This document shows, one piece after another, positions 33,695 to 41,510 of a stretch of 64,000 bases of DNA. The notes beneath the pieces were generated by a model. That model saw only the letters and a program-made list of their open reading frames with translations. It was not told the DNA's origin and searched no databases. The position numbers were made by a program, and so were the translations under genes. Origin of the DNA: an uncultured Oscillospiraceae bacterium (GTDB lineage Bacteria; Bacillota; Clostridia; Oscillospirales; Oscillospiraceae); contig CAKTQR010000003.1 in NCBI GenBank assembly GCA_934597175.1, positions 7,570 to 71,569 of the forward strand. The letters run 5' to 3'. Position 1 is the stretch's first letter, and each line of letters starts with the position of its first letter.

Positions 33695-36124
33695 ATGAGT
33701 ATAAACAATAATCCATATGATTTTTTGAATACTCCTGCACTTGACGCTATGCGAAAATTGCAGGAAACCGGTGCCTTGACTGCTGCACTTAAAATGGAAA
33801 CAACAGGTGCGTTTGCTGCAGTAAGAGAACTACAAAGTACGCTCAATGCCGTAAAATCATCTATGGGCGGTGCCACTGCGGCACTCGAAGAATATAGAAG
33901 GACCGTTGCTCCAATCTCAGAGTCTATTAAGGCGATGAATCTTGCCTATGCTCCGATTTTTGAGCAGACAAAAGCCTTTGACACCTTGAATATCAAAGGT
34001 ATTATATCGGGATTACAGACAAGTGCATCCGCTATGAGTGCTATATCGGGATTAAATCTTTCAGGGATTGCGAGTATTATTGACGCTCTCCCCAAATACG
34101 ACTTTTTATCAGATATGGTTACGGATGATTTTTCTGTAGATGCTGCCGAAAAGTTATATGAAAGCGGCGAAATCACGCAGGACGATATCAATGAGGAAAT
34201 CACAGAGATTGTCAACAAAAAGCAGTTTTCGCCTAAAGCTGAATGGGACAAGATTAAAAAGAGCAAGTGGTTTATAGCTATTAAAATTTTGATAATTATA
34301 ACTACATTTGTGTGTAACCCTGTTACGGAATATGCTACCGGTAAGGCGCTTGACAAGTTGGGCATTTACGAGTTTTGGGAGGATTCCGGCGTATACGATT
34401 TAATAGATTCAATCTTTGGAGAAAGCGAAGATAGCACAGTGTCTGAGACAGAAGCCAAGGAAACTGTTGATAAAACTAAAACGGGTAACGTATCAAAACA
34501 GAGGCGAGAAGGTTTACTTGCTAAAATTAAAGATATTCGCACCTTTATATCATCTGCACCGCAGGACGAGAATACAGCCAATCTACTCTCATATCTTTCC
34601 GATTTGGAAAAAGATGTGAACGGCAAGAAATATGGACTGGTTTTTGAGGAACATCGTGAGGAAATTGACGAGGTACTTGCCACCCACACACCCGTTCTGA
34701 CCGAACAGAGCGACCTTTATATCGACAACGGCGGTGAAATGAACTTTCTCATTGAGGGCGACAACCTTGCTTCGTTGCAGTTACTTGAAAAAACACACAA
34801 GGGCAAAATTGACCTTATCTACATAGATCCGCCATATAACACAATGAGCACCGGTTTTACATATTCAGATGCTTTGGTTGATAACGGGGATAATTACCGA
34901 CATTCAAAATGGACTTCCTTTATGAAGCATCGTTTGGAACTTGCCCGAACTCTGCTATCTCCTACAGGATGTATTTTCATCTCTATTGACGATAATGAGT
35001 TTGCCGCTCTTAAATTAATCTGCGATGAAGTATTTGGTTGGCAAAACTTTGTTACAACTTGTATGTGGCAAAAAATTCATAGCATAAAAAATGATGCTAA
35101 ATACATATCCGTAAATCATGATTTTATCTTTGTATATGCCAAAAATATTGATCTGCTTAAATTTAATCTTCTTGACAGAACGGACGAAATGAACAGCCGC
35201 TATAAAAATCCCGATAACGATCCAAGAGGACCTTGGCAATCAGGAGATTTAGTTGCAAACGAAGTACGTACAAATGGTAATTATGATGTAATAGGACCAA
35301 CAGGCAAAATTTTCAATGTTCCTGAGGGTAAACATTGGGTGTACTCCGAAGATAATATGCGTACTTTAATTGCAGAAAACAGAATTTGGTTTGGTAAGAA
35401 CGGAACTTCTTTTCCTCGCAAGAAACGTTATTTGTCAGAAGTTCAACAAGGTCGTACACCTGACTCTTGGTGGACGAGTGCTGAAGTCGGGCATAACCAA
35501 GAAGGTGCACGTGAACTAAAATCTATTTTCGACGGCAAAGTGGTGTTTACTAATCCAAAACCCACACGTCTTATTGAACGAATTATTAAGATGGGTTCAA
35601 AAGATAACAGTATAATTCTCGATTTCTTTGCTGGTAGCGGGACACTTGGTCACGCTGTACTAAAATACAATGCAAGTAACGAACATAGTAACCGTCGCTT
35701 TATTCTCTGCACCAACAACGAAAACAATATTTGCCGTGATGTTACATATGAACGCATAAAGCGAGTAATTGATAAAGAAAATTACGAGGCAAGTCTTAAA
35801 TATTACAAGGTAGACTATGTTCCTATAAATGAGCGCATGTATTACGAATATGCGGACGATCTCTTAAAGCATATCCGTGAACTCGTTGAGCTTGAAAACG
35901 GCGTGAACTTTACGGGAAATGATGAAATCGGTATTGTGCTGACCGAAGAAGAACTTGACGAATTCATCGCAAATACCGATGCTTTTACAAAGTGCCGCAA
36001 ACTGTATATGGGACACGACCTTTTGCCAAGTGTTGAGCAGGAACAGATTTTAAGCACTCGTGGCATTGAAATCAGCATTATTCCCGATTATTACTATAGG
36101 GATTTACAGGAGGGAAAAGAATGA
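33695..36124 (+). CDS. mod: type III Mod-like DNA methyltransferase with ~300-aa non-MTase N-terminal extension
   Basis: 809 aa. Beta-class motif order: IV LIYIDPPYNT, then I LDFFAGSGTLGHA. The N-terminus is Ala/Ser/Gly-rich and helical, with a hydrophobic stretch WFIAIKILIIITTFVCNPV. Confidence 0.8.
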   Translation: MSINNNPYDFLNTPALDAMRKLQETGALTAALKMETTGAFAAVRELQSTLNAVKSSMGGATAALEEYRRTVAPISESIKAMNLAYAPIFEQTKAFDTLNIKGIISGLQTSASAMSAISGLNLSGIASIIDALPKYDFLSDMVTDDFSVDAAEKLYESGEITQDDINEEITEIVNKKQFSPKAEWDKIKKSKWFIAIKILIIITTFVCNPVTEYATGKALDKLGIYEFWEDSGVYDLIDSIFGESEDSTVSETEAKETVDKTKTGNVSKQRREGLLAKIKDIRTFISSAPQDENTANLLSYLSDLEKDVNGKKYGLVFEEHREEIDEVLATHTPVLTEQSDLYIDNGGEMNFLIEGDNLASLQLLEKTHKGKIDLIYIDPPYNTMSTGFTYSDALVDNGDNYRHSKWTSFMKHRLELARTLLSPTGCIFISIDDNEFAALKLICDEVFGWQNFVTTCMWQKIHSIKNDAKYISVNHDFIFVYAKNIDLLKFNLLDRTDEMNSRYKNPDNDPRGPWQSGDLVANEVRTNGNYDVIGPTGKIFNVPEGKHWVYSEDNMRTLIAENRIWFGKNGTSFPRKKRYLSEVQQGRTPDSWWTSAEVGHNQEGARELKSIFDGKVVFTNPKPTRLIERIIKMGSKDNSIILDFFAGSGTLGHAVLKYNASNEHSNRRFILCTNNENNICRDVTYERIKRVIDKENYEASLKYYKVDYVPINERMYYEYADDLLKHIRELVELENGVNFTGNDEIGIVLTEEELDEFIANTDAFTKCRKLYMGHDLLPSVEQEQILSTRGIEISIIPDYYYRDLQEGKE

Positions 36125-36558
36125 ATGACTTTTTACAGACACTACTTATAGCATGTATTCCTGCCGTTGTTACGGGAATAGTATCCTATTTGGTTGCACA
36201 TAAAAACGCGTCTTCTCAAGTTAAAATAGTTCAAGAACAAAATGAACACGATATCAAAAAGTTAATGGAACAACACAAAGTTGATATTGATTCATTAAAA
36301 GAAAAATATCGTCTTGAAGCAGAAGAAAAAGATAGAGAACATGTTCGCAAATTGGAGTTAATGCAAAAGGAATATGAATTAAAACTCAAGCAACAAGAAA
36401 GCGAAGCTGAGAATACCGCTAAATACGGAGCAGTGAAAGATATTTTCAGCGGACTTATGGGTGGCATGGTTTCTTCTGCTATAAATACTCCTGAAGTGCA
36501 ACAGCAAATGTCAAAAGCATTTACAGATGCTTTCAAGGCAAAGGATGGTGAGAAATAA
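36121..36558 (+). CDS. N-terminal TM + coiled-coil protein
   Basis: 145 aa. ATGA overlap with mod. TM segment LLIACIPAVVTGIVSYLVA is followed by a Lys/Glu-rich heptad-like region. Confidence 0.65.
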   Translation: MNDFLQTLLIACIPAVVTGIVSYLVAHKNASSQVKIVQEQNEHDIKKLMEQHKVDIDSLKEKYRLEAEEKDREHVRKLELMQKEYELKLKQQESEAENTAKYGAVKDIFSGLMGGMVSSAINTPEVQQQMSKAFTDAFKAKDGEK

Positions 36559-36560
36559 GT

Positions 36561-38747
36561 ATGGAGCTAAAAGAATTTCAGCTTGCAGCAGTAAAATCGC
36601 TGTTTGAGGCTATGGACAAGCCTGCCCGTGATATTATCCTCAAAAGCCCTACGGGTAGTGGTAAAACCATTATTCTGACCTATTTTATGCACCAATACAT
36701 ACAATCTTTTCCGAAGACTGTCTTTGTGTGGCTCACGCCGGGTAAGGGCAACCTTGAGGAACAGAGCAAGGCGAAAATGGATAAGTATATCCACGCTTCA
36801 CAGACCAAACTGCTCTCCGATGTTATGACATCAGGTTTTGAGGAAAACGACAGTTGCTTTATAAATTGGGAGAAGCTCACCAAGAAAGGTAATAACGCCC
36901 TTAAAGACAGCGAACGAACCAATTTTATAGAGCATATTCAGCACGCCCTCAATGACGGTATTCGTTTTATTATTATCGTTGACGAGAGCCACCAAAACAA
37001 CACAATAAAAGCTGATGAAATCATACAGTATTTTCACACGGACAAGATTATCCGCTGTTCTGCTACCCCGAAAGGCATAGCAAAGGCGGAAATCATCGAA
37101 ATACCCGAAGAAGATGTAATTGCGGCGGGACTTATCAAGAAAATGCTTGTTATCAACCAAGATTTTCCGCAAACGATAGAAACGGACGATCAAACGGCGT
37201 TTCTTCTTGAAAAGGCACTCCTAAAGCAGAGAGAACTCCGTGCAGCATTTTTACAAAACGATACTGATATTAACCCGCTTATCGTGATTCAGATTCCGAA
37301 TAAATCAGAAACCTTACAGGACGGCGTGGAACGCTACCTTGAAACACAAGGATTGACTTACGAAAACGGACAACTTGCGGTATGGCTCTCCGACCAACAC
37401 GAAAACTTGGAGGGGATTGACAAACCTAATGCCGTATCTTCTGCCGTTATCATAAAGCAAGCGGTTGCTACAGGTTGGGATTGTCCGAGAGCACATATTC
37501 TCGTAAAGCTCCGTGATAATATGGACGAAACCTTTGAAATACAAACCATAGGACGTATTCGCCGTATGCCCGAAGCAAAGCATTATCAAAGTGATCTGCT
37601 TGATAGTTGCTATCTTTACACTCTCGACGAAAAATTTACCGCAGGTGTAAAACTGGCTCTCGATAAGGGTGCGTTAAATGCTTGTACTCTTTTCCTCAAA
37701 AACGAGCATAAAGATGTAATGCTCATTAGTGAGCAGAGAACAATGATTACAAGTACCCGTAATCCGCAAAAGGCACTACAAGCTGTTGTATCCTATGCTC
37801 AAAAAGAACTCGGAGTTGGTACGGACAAGACGGAAAATCGCACCCGTTTGCAAACCGCAGGATATGAACTGAGTGAAAATATCGTGAAGCATACCCTGTC
37901 AGGCGAAACTGCTACTCTTGATTTTGCGGCAGCAGATATGAACACTATTGCAGTTACAGAAAAACTAAACACCCATAAGCACGGACGAGATTACCACCAC
38001 GAAATCGGTAAAATCGGCATGGAAATTGGTATGGAATACTCCTATATGAATACCATTATCCGTAAACTATTTGATAAGAATTTCAAGTATAGTCGCAAGA
38101 TCCTTGCTTTAGAGCCGAGAGAAGTTTACGCATTTGTACTAAACAATGCCGACCGACTACGCCATTTGGTTCGTGAAGCTATGGCTTATGAGTTAGCACA
38201 ATTGCAGTTGGAAATTAAGCAGAAATCTTATTATGAGTTCCGCATTCCGCAGTCTTGTTTGTTTACCTATAACGGTGATGCAAAAACACAGCTCATTATG
38301 AAAAAGAACGTGTATCAGAATTATCTTTCCTCTGCTGCACCACGCTCTGTGCCGGAGGTTAAATTTGAAAAATTCTGTGAGCGTTCCGACAGTGTTGAAT
38401 GGTGGTATAAGAACGGGGACAAGGGCAACGAGTATTTTTCTATCGTCTATGTGGACAATTCCAATAGACAAAAACTGTTCTACCCCGACTATATTATTTC
38501 CGTAAACGGTGAGTTGTGGATTATCGAAACCAAAGGCGGATTTGACCGTAGCGGTAATAGTCAAGATATTGACCTTTATACACCGAAGAAATTTGGTGTG
38601 TTGAAAGCATATCTTGATGAGCACGGCTTAAAGGGTGGTATCGTGCGTAACGATGCAACTACCGATGAACTGTGTATCTGTATGTATCACTATTCCGATG
38701 ATATAGGCAGTAATGATTGGCAAGTGCTTGAAAGCGTATTGCCGTGA
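36561..38747 (+). CDS. res: type III Res-like SF2 helicase / PD-(D/E)xK nuclease
   Basis: 728 aa. Motif I KSPTGSGKT, motif II VDESHQN, and a C-terminal nuclease-like YPDYIIS...LWIIETKGG. Confidence 0.8.
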   Translation: MELKEFQLAAVKSLFEAMDKPARDIILKSPTGSGKTIILTYFMHQYIQSFPKTVFVWLTPGKGNLEEQSKAKMDKYIHASQTKLLSDVMTSGFEENDSCFINWEKLTKKGNNALKDSERTNFIEHIQHALNDGIRFIIIVDESHQNNTIKADEIIQYFHTDKIIRCSATPKGIAKAEIIEIPEEDVIAAGLIKKMLVINQDFPQTIETDDQTAFLLEKALLKQRELRAAFLQNDTDINPLIVIQIPNKSETLQDGVERYLETQGLTYENGQLAVWLSDQHENLEGIDKPNAVSSAVIIKQAVATGWDCPRAHILVKLRDNMDETFEIQTIGRIRRMPEAKHYQSDLLDSCYLYTLDEKFTAGVKLALDKGALNACTLFLKNEHKDVMLISEQRTMITSTRNPQKALQAVVSYAQKELGVGTDKTENRTRLQTAGYELSENIVKHTLSGETATLDFAAADMNTIAVTEKLNTHKHGRDYHHEIGKIGMEIGMEYSYMNTIIRKLFDKNFKYSRKILALEPREVYAFVLNNADRLRHLVREAMAYELAQLQLEIKQKSYYEFRIPQSCLFTYNGDAKTQLIMKKNVYQNYLSSAAPRSVPEVKFEKFCERSDSVEWWYKNGDKGNEYFSIVYVDNSNRQKLFYPDYIISVNGELWIIETKGGFDRSGNSQDIDLYTPKKFGVLKAYLDEHGLKGGIVRNDATTDELCICMYHYSDDIGSNDWQVLESVLP

Positions 38748-38762
38748 TGGGGGTGTTGGAAT

Positions 38763-39359
38763 ATGACTATTGATTCATTTGAAGTAGTATTCTACACCTG
38801 CATATTCCTTCTTCCTGGTTTTATTATCAAAAGCATTATGGATACATTGGTTCCGCCTATTAAACATAACGATACAAAGTATTTTTTCTCTTGTTTGTTG
38901 TATAGCATTGTTAATTGTGCAGTTTGGAGTTGGGCGTATCTATTGCTCAATAAAATTTCTGAAGAACATCCCACAATTTATTGGATTTCGCTGCTTGCAA
39001 TAACTGTAGTAGGAGCAACTCTACTTGCTATTTTTATCGGGGTTGTAAAGCAAAAGGGATTCATCGAGTGGTTATTTGCAAAAATGAGGGTCAACAAGAT
39101 TCATCCCGTTCCAACTGCATGGGATTATTACTTTTCAAAACAAGAAGAAGCGTGGATCATTGTAACTTTGAAGAATGGTAAAACCATATATGGAAAATTC
39201 TCCGAGCATTCTTTTGCATCTTCTGACGCTGAAGAACGAGATCTTTATATTGAAAAAACTTACAATATTAAAGAAGATATGACTTGGGTAGAAGATGACA
39301 AAAGCAATGGAATACTTGTTGCAAAAGATGAAGTTGAAACTATAGAATTTCTAATTTAA
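38763..39359 (+). CDS. membrane protein with soluble C-terminal domain (DUF6338-like)
   Basis: 198 aa. Three hydrophobic segments, then PVPTAWDYYFSK...WIIVTLKNGKTIYGKF. The family name is from memory. Confidence 0.6.
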   Translation: MTIDSFEVVFYTCIFLLPGFIIKSIMDTLVPPIKHNDTKYFFSCLLYSIVNCAVWSWAYLLLNKISEEHPTIYWISLLAITVVGATLLAIFIGVVKQKGFIEWLFAKMRVNKIHPVPTAWDYYFSKQEEAWIIVTLKNGKTIYGKFSEHSFASSDAEERDLYIEKTYNIKEDMTWVEDDKSNGILVAKDEVETIEFLI

Positions 39360-39372
39360 AGGAAGTGAAAAA

Positions 39373-39549
39373 ATGAGCGACACAAAGAAGCCTAATCCTA
39401 ATACAAATTTTGGCTATCAGCCTAACAGTGAGCAACGTGGATATCAACCCAAGAAAGGAATAAATGAAGGGTATCAACCTACAAAGTCTATATCTACTCA
39501 ACCACCTAATAAAGGCTCAAATGTTCAGCCGGCAAAAAATGATAAGTAA
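39373..39549 (+). CDS. 58-aa GYQP-repeat peptide (absent from the ORF track)
   Basis: My translation: MSDTKKPNPNTNFGYQPNSEQRGYQPKKGINEGYQPTKSISTQPPNKGSNVQPAKNDK. AAGGAAG RBS lies 7 nt upstream. It is the last gene before the hairpin. Confidence 0.5.
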   Translation: MSDTKKPNPNTNFGYQPNSEQRGYQPKKGINEGYQPTKSISTQPPNKGSNVQPAKNDK

Positions 39550-39555
39550 AAAAAC

Positions 39556-39587
39556 GGGGTAGCATAGTACAATCACTGTGCTACCCC
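39556..39587. terminator. hairpin between convergent operons
   Basis: GGGGTAGCA-loop-TGCTACCCC. An A-run precedes it on the plus side, which reads as a T-run for the minus-strand tnpV. Confidence 0.65.
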
Positions 39588-39594
39588 GAAACAT

Positions 39595-39975
39595 TTATAA
39601 CGTAATAATCAAATCATTATTCACAATTTCTGTTGCTCTGCTACGAATATCATTCATTCGACCAACCCACGCCATTTGATTGTCCGCTTTGAGTTGTTCG
39701 GTCACGCCCTCGTATTCTGCCATCTGTTTCACCAGCCTAGAAAACATTTCTTCCGCCTGTCGGTTAATATCAGCAAGGTAACTGTTTAACTTGCCGCTTG
39801 TCAGCAGATTGGTGTATAGTACCCTTCGATTTTGCTTGATGTGTCGCAAATGTCGTTGCCCCCATATGCCGATTGGCTGTTGTTCTTCAGCGGGTAACGC
39901 AAGGTCGGGTAGATAATAATCTCCTTGCAAGGTGTAGTTGATTCCCGTTTTTTCGTCCGTAAAATGCTGTTTCAT
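39595..39975 (-). CDS. tnpV: TnpV-like transposon-associated protein
   Basis: YTLQGDYYLPDLALP...IGIWGQRHLRHIKQNRRVLYTNLLTSGKLNSYLADI...QLKADNQMAWVGRMNDIRSRATEIV matches the TnpV pattern of clostridial mobilizable elements. Confidence 0.75.
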   Translation of the reverse strand: MKQHFTDEKTGINYTLQGDYYLPDLALPAEEQQPIGIWGQRHLRHIKQNRRVLYTNLLTSGKLNSYLADINRQAEEMFSRLVKQMAEYEGVTEQLKADNQMAWVGRMNDIRSRATEIVNNDLIITL

Positions 39976-39984
39976 TGTGTTGCC

Positions 39985-41163
39985 CTACCTTTCATCTTTA
40001 TAATTTCTAAAGCGTTTTTCACGCTGTTTAGACTGCTTTTCCGACTTTGCTCTATCAAGCAAGTCATCAATTTGTTTATGACCAAATACTTTGCGGAGAA
40101 GTTTGTAATTCCTGTTTTCCGCACGCAGATTTTCATTCTCTCGTGATAATTTTTCATTAACTTTCGATAACTTCTCGTTTTCACGATATAGGTTTCCGTT
40201 TGTGATGTTCAATCTGTGGTAACTGTCCAACGCCTTGAAATATCGTGCAAATAAGGTGCTTATTAAAGACTTAAATCGGGATATAAGCGGCTCAACAAAC
40301 TTTGCCTTATAAGTTCTCGCCGACATCATTGCAGGCGGTTCAGGCAACTGATATTCAGGCTCATTCATTATGCTTTCATCAAGATTTTGTAACGATCTTT
40401 CGCCGTTATCAAAGTTTTCAATGCGGTCAGCCATAACACGAAATTCATCTTTCTTTTCAGCTAGTTTATCTTCAAGAGCGTTAATTTCTTTTTCTCGCTC
40501 CTGCTTTTTGTAATCCAAAACAGACAGGTGTTTTTCGTGAGTACCCTTGTGTTCCCATTCAATTCCGTGGCGTTCCATAACAAATGCGAGTGCGGATTTT
40601 TCTACGCTTACCCATTGGTTCCACTCGGTATCTCCACGCGTTCCGCCCTTAAAACCTTGGGCAGCAAGAGCCTGTTTCAGAGATACTCTTGTATCAAGTC
40701 CACGCTTGCTACCCGTGATGAACGGAACAAAATCAATGTGCAAATGTGGCGTTGCTTCATCCATATGCAGATGAGCCGAGAACACTTTTAACTGAGGATT
40801 TCTTTCCTGAAACCCACGATAGTATTCATCTAAAATTTGTCGGGCAATCTCTCCGTTTTCACTTTCCGCACTCATATTTTCTTTATCGCCTATCTGCAAA
40901 ATGAGTTCGTGGAACGGCTTTTCTTGCTTTGAATTACGGATTTTTTCATAGTAGTTTTCTATTCTGCGGTCGGCTCTTGTCTGTTTATCGTTGTACTTTT
41001 CAAGTGCTTCGTCAAACAATTCGTGATAGACTTTCTTGATATTTTCATTACAGTAGTCGATATTGAGATGTGTTCGACTGCCGTCAACATTTTCCGCTTT
41101 GAACTTGCGGCTGTTGTGATTAACCGAGCCTTTACCGACCATTGCGCTTATCGTTCTTTTCAT
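39985..41163 (-). CDS. mob: MobV-family relaxase (Mob_Pre / plasmid recombination enzyme)
   Basis: Conserved HLHMDEATPHLHIDFVP histidine motif and N-terminal GKGSVNHNSRKF. 392 aa with a coiled-coil C-terminus. Confidence 0.85.
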   Translation of the reverse strand: MKRTISAMVGKGSVNHNSRKFKAENVDGSRTHLNIDYCNENIKKVYHELFDEALEKYNDKQTRADRRIENYYEKIRNSKQEKPFHELILQIGDKENMSAESENGEIARQILDEYYRGFQERNPQLKVFSAHLHMDEATPHLHIDFVPFITGSKRGLDTRVSLKQALAAQGFKGGTRGDTEWNQWVSVEKSALAFVMERHGIEWEHKGTHEKHLSVLDYKKQEREKEINALEDKLAEKKDEFRVMADRIENFDNGERSLQNLDESIMNEPEYQLPEPPAMMSARTYKAKFVEPLISRFKSLISTLFARYFKALDSYHRLNITNGNLYRENEKLSKVNEKLSRENENLRAENRNYKLLRKVFGHKQIDDLLDRAKSEKQSKQREKRFRNYKDER

Positions 41164-41206
41164 TAAATCTCACATCCTTTCCTTATCCGGCGTCAGCCGG
41201 GGTTCT

Positions 41207-41227
41207 GTTACTCTTGTCAAGAGTAAC
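41207..41227. promoter_or_regulatory. perfect 10-bp inverted repeat, candidate oriT hairpin
   Basis: GTTACTCTTG-t-CAAGAGTAAC, 44 nt upstream of the mob start. MobV oriTs normally lie just upstream of mob. Confidence 0.35.
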
Positions 41228-41510
41228 GCAAAAGCACTTTTGACAGCCTACTGCCATCAAAAGCTGCTATTGCGCTCTCCGAGGGGTGCGGGTCGCCGGT
41301 GGCGACCTCTGCCGGCTTCAGTCGGCAGAAGCACCGACCGAGCCGACAGGCGAGACAGGGGCTTTGCCCCATTGTCTGCGGACAACTCCCCAGCGGAGCC
41401 GCCCTTTGAAAAGGGCACCCTGCACCTCGCCTAAACTTCGTATTGGCATACCTGCCGAAAAAGAACATTGCAAGATTGCGAAAGTCCCGCACCTTTACAA
41501 TGTTGCAACC

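Noticed and set aside
33695-38747. MTase + helicase pair classified as BREX or DISARM
   Set aside because: No PglZ, BrxC/BrxL, DrmB (DUF1998) or PLD-type partner is present. The MTase has beta-class type III Mod motif order. The helicase carries a Res-like PD-(D/E)xK C-terminus.
41217-41492. 91-aa and 64-85-aa ORFs in the GC-rich segment upstream of mob
   Set aside because: They are Arg/Pro/Gly-rich with no RBS, and they overlap each other on both strands. The region is better explained by DNA/RNA secondary structure.
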